Virus record (IMG/VR): IMGVR_UViG_3300027805_000006
Strand: one strand, 5' to 3'
Length of the DNA: 64,000 nucleotides
DNA from: a virus
Lineage: Duplodnaviria; Caudoviricetes
In this document: positions 1 through 10,600 of the stretch, piece by piece
How the letters are laid out: each line of letters begins with the position of its first letter
How positions within the stretch are numbered: position 1 is the stretch's first letter
Notes under the pieces: generated by a model
What the model saw: the letters and a program-made list of their open reading frames with translations, nothing else
What the model was told of the DNA's origin: nothing
The model's database searches: none
Program-made: the position numbers and the translations under genes

Positions 1-1
1 T

Positions 2-694
2 GCAGGCAGCGCAACTACTGCAGGCAGCGCAACTACTGCGGGTTCTCTTAACCCAGGTGCTCAGATTAATGGAATAGCCTTTACAGGTGCATCAGATATA
101 ACAATTACTGCTAATACGCCAAATTCAGTCACATTTAACAATGGTGGCGCTGGCGATGCATCTGCTACAACGTTTAATGGAAGTACTGCACGCACAATTT
201 CATACAATACATTAGGAGCGGCGCCCACAGCAAATCCTACTTTTACTGGTGTAGTACAGTTTGCTGATGGGACAGTAGGTGCACCATCTATTGCCTTCAC
301 AAATGAACCATCTCTGGGTCTTTACAGATCAACGACAAATTCAATTGGCATTACTGGAAATGTTCTTGTTGACAACGATATTGTTGCAACCGGAAATATT
401 ACTGCATTCTCAGATAGGCGCCTAAAGGAAAATATTTCCACAATTGAAAATGCGCTTTCAAAAGTTTCACAACTTACAGGCGTTACCTATACTCGTAAGG
501 GCACAACTCAAGTCGGCGTTGGTCTAATTGCTCAGGACGTTGAGAAAGCGATGCCCCAGGCAGTTGTGACAAATGAAGAAGGCTACCTATCAGTTGCGTA
601 TGGAAACTTAGTAGGTCTTCTAGTAGAAGCCATCAAAGAGCAGCAAGTACAGATTGCCGCGCTTCAGAGAAGGATTGACCAACTAACTGAATAA
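2..694 (+). CDS. Tail fibre protein, C-terminal part only (5' truncated), with Peptidase S74 intramolecular chaperone domain
   Basis: Frame 2 is open from base 2 to TAA at 692-694. Translation ends ...GNITAFSDRRLKENISTIENALSKVSQLTGVTY...GVGLIAQDVEKAMPQAV...SVAYGNLVGLLVEAIKE, which is the S74 signature. Missed by the ORF track because it has no start codon. Confidence 0.9.
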   Translation, partial: AGSATTAGSATTAGSLNPGAQINGIAFTGASDITITANTPNSVTFNNGGAGDASATTFNGSTARTISYNTLGAAPTANPTFTGVVQFADGTVGAPSIAFTNEPSLGLYRSTTNSIGITGNVLVDNDIVATGNITAFSDRRLKENISTIENALSKVSQLTGVTYTRKGTTQVGVGLIAQDVEKAMPQAVVTNEEGYLSVAYGNLVGLLVEAIKEQQVQIAALQRRIDQLTE

Positions 695-697
695 CAG

Positions 698-1591
698 TTA
701 GGCAAACTTCTTAATCTCTGGCGGGATAGGGAGGTCGTTTTTCTTTAGGTCCTCTATCGCATCTTTGAAGATTACAGCGTGGTCTGGCTTCTTCATAATC
801 TGTGACACTACCTGCTCAGCAGAAAGAAGGTCCTTTGCCTTTACACCTTTTCCAAACATAAATGCGGCAGCTTCATCAGGCTTTAGAATTGGGTCAGCAT
901 CTTTTGAAAATGCCTGCTTTATTCCTAGTTTCTTGAGTTCGGCTTCTACCTGCTCAGGAGTTGCTGGCTTTAAACCCAATCTTCCCTTTCCGTCCTTTCG
1001 CATTGGTGCAACGCGATATAGACGTTCAAGTCCTGCATCCATCTTGAAGCCACGCCGAACTCGAATAAGTTCCTCGCCAGTCTTTTCATCCTTGATTGCG
1101 ATGTCTTTTCCTTGCTCAAAGATATGCTTCATCAAATTCACAAGAAGAAAGTTTCTGACAACTCCCTTGTATTGGCTGTCTAGTGCTGAATGATACCCAA
1201 ACTTTGCCCATTCTATAGAAGGCACAAACATTAAATCGACCTGCACGCGCTTTTCACCAACCGTCTTTACTGGAAAAGAAAACACGTTTCCACCAGTCAT
1301 CTTTGGCTTATCAACTCCCGTGGCTACCTTCATCTTTTCTACTAAGACATCTCTATCATATGCACCATCTTCTATGGCTAAATCGACATCTCCGCTGTCC
1401 TTTCTCTTTCCCTTCAGAGTATGCTCAGTGGAGCCAAGCAGGCTCTGCTCAAGAGTAGAGTACGGAATTCCAATTGTTTTTTCAACAAACTGCAGAGCCA
1501 GTTTTACGTCCTGCTGATTTGCGCGGCTTGTTTCAAAACTGGCGGTGGCTGCGCCACCCTCAAGAAGAAACTGTTTGAATGTTACAGTCAT
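698..1591 (-). CDS. Pol-beta-superfamily nucleotidyltransferase-like protein with a capsid-targeting-like N-terminus
   Basis: GS-x(11)-GDVDLAI motif and a later VQVDLMF (third Asp). N-terminus is MTVTFKQFLLE. Confidence 0.7.
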   Translation of the reverse strand: MTVTFKQFLLEGGAATASFETSRANQQDVKLALQFVEKTIGIPYSTLEQSLLGSTEHTLKGKRKDSGDVDLAIEDGAYDRDVLVEKMKVATGVDKPKMTGGNVFSFPVKTVGEKRVQVDLMFVPSIEWAKFGYHSALDSQYKGVVRNFLLVNLMKHIFEQGKDIAIKDEKTGEELIRVRRGFKMDAGLERLYRVAPMRKDGKGRLGLKPATPEQVEAELKKLGIKQAFSKDADPILKPDEAAAFMFGKGVKAKDLLSAEQVVSQIMKKPDHAVIFKDAIEDLKKNDLPIPPEIKKFA

Positions 1592-1896
1592 GGCATTCCT
1601 ATAAGTTCTCTTGTATCCAACTTGTACTTTTTGCGGATGTCAGCAGACAGTTCATCTACCGCAAAATCAGAATATGCCATTCCTGGGTGCCAATTTTTTC
1701 GTAGCGGTTCCCACTTTTTGAAGAAGAGTTCCATCGTATCTCTGTCCATAACAGCCCAATCTACCTCATCCTTGAATAGTCGCATCACTTCTTTTGCCTG
1801 GTCCTTGGTTGCACCAAGTTCCTTCATAAAGGCAAGCAAAAATGGTAGTTCTTCTAAACTGCTTTCCATAAACTGCTTAAAGGTAATTTTGCTCAT
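1588..1896 (-). CDS. Hypothetical protein, possible internal head protein
   Basis: ORF overlaps the next gene by ATGA. N-terminus MSKITFKQFMES resembles that of the neighbouring gene. Confidence 0.7.
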   Translation of the reverse strand: MSKITFKQFMESSLEELPFLLAFMKELGATKDQAKEVMRLFKDEVDWAVMDRDTMELFFKKWEPLRKNWHPGMAYSDFAVDELSADIRKKYKLDTRELIGMP

Positions 1897-2024
1897 TAGT
1901 CTTTTTCTTTCTCACGGCGACCGATGTTTGCTTTACGAAGCTCTGTTGACAGTTGTCCGAGCATCCAACGTTCTGAATTGCGCGTAAAACCCGTAGCAAC
2001 TGCATTTGGCATCTTCTCTGTCAT
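1896..2024 (-). CDS. Small hypothetical protein (42 aa, MTEKMPNAVATGFTRNSERWMLGQLSTELRKANIGRREKEKD)
   Basis: Read by hand. Lies downstream of a TAAATA motif, and its stop overlaps the next start (TAATG). Confidence 0.55.
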   Translation of the reverse strand: MTEKMPNAVATGFTRNSERWMLGQLSTELRKANIGRREKEKD

Positions 2025-2035
2025 TTCATCAACTA

Positions 2036-2069
2036 TATTTATGTCACCAGACTTCTAATTAAATAAATA
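2036..2069. promoter_or_regulatory. Back-to-back T4-type late promoters (TAAATA on minus at 2036-2041 and on plus at 2064-2069)
   Basis: Core of the T4 late consensus TATAAATA, placed between divergent genes. Confidence 0.65.
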
Positions 2070-2095
2070 CTATCTAAGATTGTTGGAGAAAATCC

Positions 2096-4573
2096 TTGAA
2101 ATTTCACGGTATTACCCTAGAACAAGGAAGCGCCATCTCAAATATGACGCTTGATTCTGGGAATAGTTTCCCAGCACTGCCAGATGAAGGTGAATTGTTT
2201 TTTCGTTCTGATGCAGACCAGACAGTAAAGGGTCTCTATCTTTATATTGCCGGCAGTTGGCTAAAAATTGCCAATCCTTATGCCGTCACTATTCCAAAGG
2301 GAGAAACTCTACCTGTCGCTGGCATAGAAGGTGATCTTTTCTATCTAAACTCAAACACTGCAACAGAAGGACTTTATCTTTTTAAAGATAGCGGTTGGGT
2401 TAATATCACATCTGGATCTGCGCCGTCATTCATCGTCACCGGTGATGTAAGTGGTACTATAGATGGTGGTACAGATGCACTTACACTTGCAACAGTTAAT
2501 TCAAATGTGGGTTCATTTGGATCTACTACCCAGGCTGGAACATTCACTGTAAATGCAAAGGGTCTTATAACTGCGGCAGGAAGTACTACGATAACGCCTG
2601 CTTGGTCATCTATAACCAGTAAACCAACTACATTATCTGGTTTTGGAATTACAGACGCACAGCCACAAGATGCAGATCTGACGTCAATTGCTGGTTTAGC
2701 AGGAACATCTGGCTTCCTAAAGAAAACTGCTGCTGATACCTGGTCACTTGATACAAACACCTATCTAACTGCAAACCAAACAATTACGGTTTCTGGAGAT
2801 GCAACAGGTTCTGGTACTACGGCAATTGCTCTTACACTAGCAAGTAGTGGAGTAACGGCAGATACCTATAGATCAGTAACTGTTGATGTGAAGGGACGGG
2901 TAACAGCAGGAACAAACCCAACAACGTTATCAGGATATGGGATTACTGACGCGCAGCCACTAGATGCAGATCTGACGTCAATTGCTGGTTTGGTAGGCAC
3001 CTCCGGCTTCCTAAAGAAAACTGCCGCTGATACCTGGTTACTTGATACAAACACCTATCTAACTGCAAACCAAACAATTACGCTGTCAGGTGATATTACT
3101 GGAAGTGGTACTACTGCAATAACGGCAACCCTGGCAAATAGCGGAGTAACGGCTGGTACATACAGGTCAGTAACTGTTGATGTGAAGGGACGGGTAACAG
3201 CAGGAACAAACCCAACAACTCTTGCTGGTTATGGAATTACCGATGCTGTAGCCAAGGCTGGTGATTTAATGACTGGTGCTCTTGGAATTATAGCGGGAAG
3301 TGCGGCGGCGCCTGGGCTCTACTTTAGTGGTGATGTTAATACGGGATTATTTTCACCTACAGCAGAAACAGTGGCAATTACCACAAATAGTGCAGAAATT
3401 GCCAGATTTACAACAAGTGCGCTATTAGTAGGTCTAACATCAACAGTTACCGGTACTTCAGCAGGCACAGCAAAGATTCAGGCAACAGGTGTATCAAATT
3501 ACCTCGCGCACTATGCTGCTGACAGTGCTAATCCAGCAATTTTCACATTTGCGAAGGCAAGGTCTGGGGGTGTTGCGGTAGATACTGCAAATGGTGGAAT
3601 TGGTGAAATAAGATTTGACGCGTGGGACGGTTCTGCCTGGATAAGATCTGCGATGATTGCAGGTGCTGTTGATGGCACTGTTTCAACTGGAAATATTCCA
3701 TCGCTCATTAGATTTGCCACAATGCCTGCGGGAGGAACGCTCACTGAACGCTTTAGAATTGCAAGCACAGGTGCCTGGGGCGTAAATGGTGCTAGTTATG
3801 GAAGTTCTGGTCAGGTACTAACATCTAATGGTTCAACTTCTTCACCAACTTGGCAAACACCTGTCGCAGGAACAGTAACATCAGTTGCGGCTACAGCACC
3901 AGCAGCCGGATTTACTATTTCAGGCTCCCCAATTACTTCAAGTGGCACACTTACTTTTGCATTAGCAAATGACCTTTCGGGTGTTGAAAGTTTGTCAGGT
4001 ACAGGGCTTGCAGCACGTACAGCAGTAGATACCTGGACAACACGGTCAATTACTGTATCAGGCACAGGGTTATCAATAACTGATGGAAATGCTGTAGCCG
4101 GCAACCCAACAATTACAAGTAATGCAACAAGTGCAAACACTGTATCTACTATCGTTGCACGTGATGCTTCAGGAAACTTCTCTGCTGGCACAATTACTGC
4201 AGCGCTCAGTGGAAATGCGACAACTGCTACAAGCATTTCAGACGCTCCGCAACTTTCGCAGGCAACAACGGTAACTGCTGTAAATGGTTTAACTCAGACA
4301 GCAGTATCTACTGTTGCAACTTCTGCTGCAAGAACTATAAAGTACCTTGCACAAATTCACGATACAACGAACAGTCACTATCACGCCGTGGAAATTTTGG
4401 TTATCCACAACGGCACGACTGTTTGGAAAACAGAATATGCTGAAGTAGTCTCAAACGCTACTTTAGGAACTTTTGATGCTGACATTTCAGGCGCAAATGT
4501 TAGGCTATTATTCACTGCAACTGCTACAACAAACAAAAATGTGACAGTATATCGCACAGTAATCACTCCTTAA
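2096..4573 (+). CDS. Virion structural / tail fibre-related protein (TTG start)
   Basis: Thr/Gly/Ser/Ala-rich with fibre repeats (VTVDVKGRVTAG). The C-terminal KYLAQI...EILVIHNGTT...TEYA domain is typical of T4-like virion proteins. Confidence 0.8.
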   Translation: MKFHGITLEQGSAISNMTLDSGNSFPALPDEGELFFRSDADQTVKGLYLYIAGSWLKIANPYAVTIPKGETLPVAGIEGDLFYLNSNTATEGLYLFKDSGWVNITSGSAPSFIVTGDVSGTIDGGTDALTLATVNSNVGSFGSTTQAGTFTVNAKGLITAAGSTTITPAWSSITSKPTTLSGFGITDAQPQDADLTSIAGLAGTSGFLKKTAADTWSLDTNTYLTANQTITVSGDATGSGTTAIALTLASSGVTADTYRSVTVDVKGRVTAGTNPTTLSGYGITDAQPLDADLTSIAGLVGTSGFLKKTAADTWLLDTNTYLTANQTITLSGDITGSGTTAITATLANSGVTAGTYRSVTVDVKGRVTAGTNPTTLAGYGITDAVAKAGDLMTGALGIIAGSAAAPGLYFSGDVNTGLFSPTAETVAITTNSAEIARFTTSALLVGLTSTVTGTSAGTAKIQATGVSNYLAHYAADSANPAIFTFAKARSGGVAVDTANGGIGEIRFDAWDGSAWIRSAMIAGAVDGTVSTGNIPSLIRFATMPAGGTLTERFRIASTGAWGVNGASYGSSGQVLTSNGSTSSPTWQTPVAGTVTSVAATAPAAGFTISGSPITSSGTLTFALANDLSGVESLSGTGLAARTAVDTWTTRSITVSGTGLSITDGNAVAGNPTITSNATSANTVSTIVARDASGNFSAGTITAALSGNATTATSISDAPQLSQATTVTAVNGLTQTAVSTVATSAARTIKYLAQIHDTTNSHYHAVEILVIHNGTTVWKTEYAEVVSNATLGTFDADISGANVRLLFTATATTNKNVTVYRTVITP
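2654..3241 (+). repeat. Tandem 294-bp (98-aa) intragenic duplication; homologous units also at about 4803-5390 in the next gene
   Basis: GACGC(A/G)CAGCCAC..GATGCAGATCTGACGTCAATTGCTGG starts at 2654 and 2948. The same peptide DAQPLDADLTSIAGLAGTSGFLKKTAA..W.LDTNTYLT occurs at 4803 and 5097. Confidence 0.9.
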
Positions 4574-4607
4574 TATAAAGCCAATCTGACGGAAAGGGAA
4601 GTCAATT

Positions 4608-7600
4608 ATGGCAGTCAATCGTAAGTTTGTCGTCAAGCACGGCTTAGATGCAAACGCAATATCAATAGATAATCTTGGCGCATTAGGCTCAACGTTTGGT
4701 TTAGCCGGTGGTCATACATTAACACTTAGTACTACTAACACAACTTCTGTTACACTGCCAACTTCTGGGACACTAGCAACAACTGCTGATCTTGGTGGGT
4801 ATCAACCACTTGATGCTGACCTAACGTCAATTGCAGGTCTTGCCGGAACGTCAGGATTTCTAAAGAAAACGGCAGCAAATTCCTGGTCTCTTGATACAAA
4901 TACATATCTCACAGGCAATCAGACAATAACTTTTTCTGGCGATGCAACAGGTTCTGGCACTACAGCAGTTGCACTTACGTTAGCCAACAGCGGTGTGACT
5001 GCTAGTACATACAAATCGGTGACGGTTGATGTGAAGGGACGGGTAACGGCAGGAACAAACCCAACAACTCTTGCTGGTTATGGAATTTCCGATGCACAGC
5101 CACTAGATGCAGACCTTACAGCGATTGCTGGTCTTGCAGGCACATCTGGATTTCTAAAGAAAACGGCAGCAGATGCCTGGGTGCTTGACACAAACACATA
5201 TCTAACTGCAAACCAAAGCATCACTATTTCGGGTGATGTAAGTGGAACAGGAACTACCGCCATAACGACAACACTGGCAAATAGCGGAGTATCTGCTGCT
5301 TCATATGGTTCTGCTTCTCAGGTTGCAACATTCACCGTAGATGCAAAGGGCAGGCTAACAACTGCTGCTAGTACCTCTATTGCAATTACAACTTCACAAG
5401 TAACCTCTGGAACATTTGCAGATGCACGAATTGCTGCTTCAAATGTAACTCAGCACCAAGCGTCACTTTCAATTGCAGAAACGCAGATCACAGATGGAAC
5501 ACTTCTTGCACGATTAGGTTCAAATGAAACTGTGACAGGAACTTGGTCATTCAGTAATCCAGTTTCTGGTGCTACACCTACAACAGACAGTCACTTAGCA
5601 ACCAAGCAGTATGTAGATAATCTATCAACTGGCTTGGATATGAAGCAGTCAGTTCGTGCTGCTACTACTGGTCCAATTACACTCAGCGGAACACAGACTA
5701 TCGATGGAGTTGCAGTTGTTGCTGGTGATAGAGTACTTGTAAAGGACCAAGGCACTGCTTCTCAGAATGGTATTTATGTTGTTGCTGCAGGCGCTTGGTC
5801 ACGTTCAACTGATACAGATGGAAATCCAGCAGCAGAGGTAACTTCTGGGCTTTATACATTTGTTACTGAAGGCACAGTAAATGCAGACACTGGCTGGGTT
5901 CTTGCAACAAATGACCCAATAACGCTGAACACAACTGGCCTAACATTTGTTCAATTCACTGGTCTTGGTCAAATAACTGCAGGCGACGGTCTAACAAAAA
6001 CTGGATCTACTCTAAATGTTGTAACGGCATCTGCAGCAAGAATTGTTGTCAATCCTGACAGCATTGATCTTGCAACTGCTGGAACTGCTGGAACATATCG
6101 TTCAGTAACAACAGATGCATATGGGCGTGTGACTGCTGGTACTAACCCAACAACTCTATCCGGTTATGCAATTTCTGATGCCCAGCCTCTCGATGCTGAC
6201 TTAACAGCACTTGCTGCTCTATCTGGCACAGGCTTTGCTGTAAGAACTGCTGCAAATACTTGGGCACAAAGAGATATTGCAGTTTCGGGTAACGGTCTTT
6301 CTATCACGAATGGCACAGGCATTTCTGGAAATCCAACAGTTACCAGCAATGCAACGAACGCAAACACCGCATCAACTATTGTTTTTAGAGATGCTTCTGG
6401 CAATTTTTCTGCTGGTACGATCACCGCGTCTTTAAGTGGTAATGCTACAACAGCAACAACGGCAACTGTAGCAAACTCAATTTCTGTTCCTGATACAAGA
6501 AACGTCACAACAACCCCAGAAACAATAAATCAAAGTGTTGTTTTTGATTTTAAGGCAAACACCAGCAATGCGCTGTCTGATGGTGGAACATACCACGGGC
6601 TAATGACATTTAGACAGTGGGGTAGCACTACTGACTGGTCTGGAGGTAGAAGTCACCAGTTAGGATTTACTGACAATGATAATGTGTGGCATCGAAGTGG
6701 CACTTCAACTACCTGGGGAACTTGGTATAAACTATGGCACTCTGGAAATGATGGAAGTGGTAGTGGTCTTGATGCTGACCTACTTGATGGGCTTGAACTT
6801 CATACTGGAAGAAATAATGAAGTCAATAAAGTTGTAAGAACAGATGCAAGCGGTTATCTCCAAACAGGTTGGATTAACACCACCAGCGGTGATAATGGCA
6901 CAACAGCAATTGACCGTGTTTATGCCTCAAGTGATGGCTACATTAGGTACTATACTCCAACAAACTTTAGAACTGTTCTAGATGTTCCAACGCGCACGGG
7001 CGGAAGTGCTTCTGGTACTTGGTCAATCAGTGTTACTGGGAATGCAGGCACAGCAACAACTCTGCAAACAGCAAGAACCATTAATGGCATTTCATTCAAT
7101 GGTTCCGCAGATGTTGTAGTACCTTCAGACTGGCTGCACAGCGGAAGAGACTTTCCACTTGGCACTTTAGTTCAAACAACAATTGACTATTCTGTAACAA
7201 ATGGCGATCCTTGGGTTCTTGAGATCCGTGGTAACGCGTATGGTTCAATTGTACCATTTGAAATTCAGTACCAGGGGTACATCTACTCAGATACGATCAT
7301 AAATCACGGTGGATATTCAGTCGGTACCACGCTAACAGGACTAGTTGTCTTCAACTATGGTGGAAAACTGTGCTTCTGGTGGCCAAATCAGTCATACTGG
7401 CACGGGTACAATGTTCGTGTTTATACGACATACAGCGGGTATAAACCAAATACTGTTACGACCATAACGAATGAAGCGAAGCCTGTAAGCATAACAAAGG
7501 AAGTTGCTCTTTCATCTGGAATTAGACAGGTACTGCGCTCTGACAACTACAACTCGTATGCACCTACTCTAACTGGTACAGGCGCATCAGGAACGTGGGG

Positions 7601-10600
7601 CATCAGTATTTCTGGAAATGCTGCGACTGCAACAACGTTACAGACAGCAAGAACCATCAATGGAACATCATTCAACGGTTCAGCCAATATTACGATTACG
7701 GCAAATACACCCAACTCGCTGACCTTCAATAATGGTGGTGCTGGTGGTGCATCTGGATCTACCTTCAACGGTGGCTCAGCACTTACCGTTTCCTACAATA
7801 CAGTCGGTGCTCCATCTACAACAGGCACTAATGCATCTGGTACGTGGGGAATTAACATTACTGGAAATGCTGCGACAGCATCTGCATCTTCTACATCAAA
7901 CACTATGCGTGTTGCAGATGGAACAGGATGGTTAGGTGCTGGTTCAAGCATTTCTACATCTGGCGGTAGAGCAGTTGATCTTGCGCCAAATACATTTTCA
8001 AATGGCATATTCTTTGAATTTAAAAACAGCGGCTCTTTTTCAGGTCTCGGAAACTATGCTGGTCTAATCACGATAGCGCCTTGGTTAGGAACTACTGCAT
8101 CGACTGGAGATCCAAACTATCAACTTATATTTTCGCCTGCTGCTGTTAATAGTACCTCTGCACCCACAGTTCGAGTTCGTGCTGGTATTGATACTGCCTG
8201 GGGTTCTTGGTCAACTCTACTTCATAGTTCAAACTACAACTCATATGCACCCACTCTAACTGGTGGAGGTGCTTCAGGTACGTGGGGTATCAACATTACT
8301 GGTGATGCAGGCACTGTAGATGGCTTTAGTGCACAAATAGCGCAGGCTGCGGGTACAATCCCAGTGCGTGATGGTTCTGGATATACCTACTTCAACTACA
8401 TTAACTCAAATACTGGTAATGCTGAAAATCCAACAGTTAGCCAGGTAATTGTCACAAATGGTTCAGACGGCTTCTATAGAAAAGCGTCAATTGCCCATCT
8501 TACATCATCACTGTCTGGAACTGCCTCAAGTTTAACGGCTGGTGCTGTTACAGGCATAACTAATGGCACATACACTGGCGACTTAAATGCGCTCACAACA
8601 TCAGGTTTTTACCGTATTAACAATGGGCAGGCAAATTCTCCAAGTGATTATGCTCAGGTACTGGTAATTCACGGTTCCTCTGATACAATCACACAAATTG
8701 CTGGAGCATATTCAACTGGTACGCTTTTAACACGGTCTGGAAATCCATCAAACGTTGGTGGCGGTGGAGCGTGGTCTGCATGGCGAACTGTTCTCGCTGA
8801 CCATAACTACAATACATATGCACCTACTCTAACCGGTACAGGTGCTTCTGGTACCTGGTCAATCAACGTAACTGGTAATGCAGGTACAGCAACAACGTTG
8901 CAAACTGCACGCACAATAAATGGTGTTTCATTTAACGGTTCTGCCAATATTACGATTACCGCAAATACACCAAGTTCGTTGACCTTCAATAATGGTGGAT
9001 CTGGTGGCGCATCTGGATCTACCTTCAACGGAGGCTCAGCCCTTACTGTTTCATATAACACAGTCGGTGCTCCATCTACAACTGGCACGAATGCATCTGG
9101 TACTTGGGGCATCAATATTACTGGTGATGCAGGCACAGTAGATGGGTTCTCAGCATCGCAATCGATAACCGCGAACCACATTGTCGTTCGCGATGTAAAC
9201 GGGTATATCTTCGGTAACTACATCAATATGACCGATGAAGGTACGTCTGGTACAGCAGGTACGATCACTGGCATCATTGCAAAGCGTGGCGACAACTACT
9301 ATCGGAACACAAACGCTGCTTCAGTTGCAGCGTTCATCTCTGGACAAAACTTTAACACTACAGGAAATGCTGCGACAGCAACTAATGCAACGAATGCAAC
9401 GAATGCAACGAATGCAACGAATGCAACTGTCGGGCTAGCAACAAGCCGCTCAGGGAACTGGAATACTGACTTCTCTGCAACTACTTCAAATACACAGAAC
9501 TGGGGTGAAACGAGTAGTGGTGGACCATCGGGTTCATGGTACTTCCAAGAGAATATGCGTCACTCAAACAGCTCTAACGTTTGGGGTCGTCAAAACGCTT
9601 GGGGCTGGGAAGATAACGCAAACGAACTGTACTCTCGGAATGTCTCGGGTGGCACGTGGAGTAGTTGGGTTCGGTTCTTGAACTCTGCGAACTACAACTC
9701 ATATGCACCCACTCTAACAGGAACTGGTGCTTCTGGTACATGGGGTATCAGCATTACAGGTAGGGCATATCCACGCCGCTCTGATGGTGGTGATCTAAAC
9801 TTCTTCTGGAGTGGTCAGAGCGGACAACCAACTTGGCTGTGGGGTGGTACAGATGGTACTAATATGTACGTCTATAACCCATCAAACTTTAGTGTAAATT
9901 ATGCAACATCGGCAGGGTCAGTTGGCAGCAGCATTACCTTCAACAACGGTGGAGGTGGAGGTGGATCAGGTTCTACCTACAACGGTGGCTCAGCACTTAC
10001 CGTTTCCTACAATACAGTTGGTGCACCATCTACAACTGGCACGAATGCATCTGGTACTTGGGGCATCAATATTACTGGAAATGCTGCTACTTCAAGCAAT
10101 ACTTCTAGCATCTCAAGCGCTGTAGGTGGCGGATATACCTGGACAGGGCTTCAGCAGTTTAGAAGTAGTGCTGCAGTAGGAACTGCAGGGAGGTCAGGTG
10201 CATTTGAAGCGTTTACGCCAGGTAATGCAAGTGATGCTGCAACTATGTCATTCCACCGTGCTGGTTATTACGCCATAAATATGGGTCTTGACAGCGATAA
10301 CGTATTCAGGCTAGGTGGTTGGTCTGATGGTGGTAGTACCTACCGCCTTGCTGTCTCTTCTACTACTCTATCAGCACACAGATACGGTGGATTGTCAGTT
10401 TCTGGATCTTCCTACGGATCAATAAGAGTCGATGGTACTACAAACAGTTACGCGGGCACCTACTACGCAGATGCTTCCGGTTCTGTTGGTGGTATGTTTG
10501 ATACCTCCGGAAACGGTGGTGACTATGATTCTACAACTGGGTGGCACTTCTACTGGAACCGTAGTACTACCTGTCTAGGTATCGGAGGTTCATCTACTGC

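Noticed and set aside
698-1591. CBASS CD-NTase defence operon
   Set aside because: No adjacent Cap effector or ancillary genes, and the context is a phage late operon.
1421-1987. 188-aa plus-strand ORF overlapping three minus-strand genes
   Set aside because: It is antisense to a coupled minus-strand operon with clear motifs, and has no SD or motif of its own.
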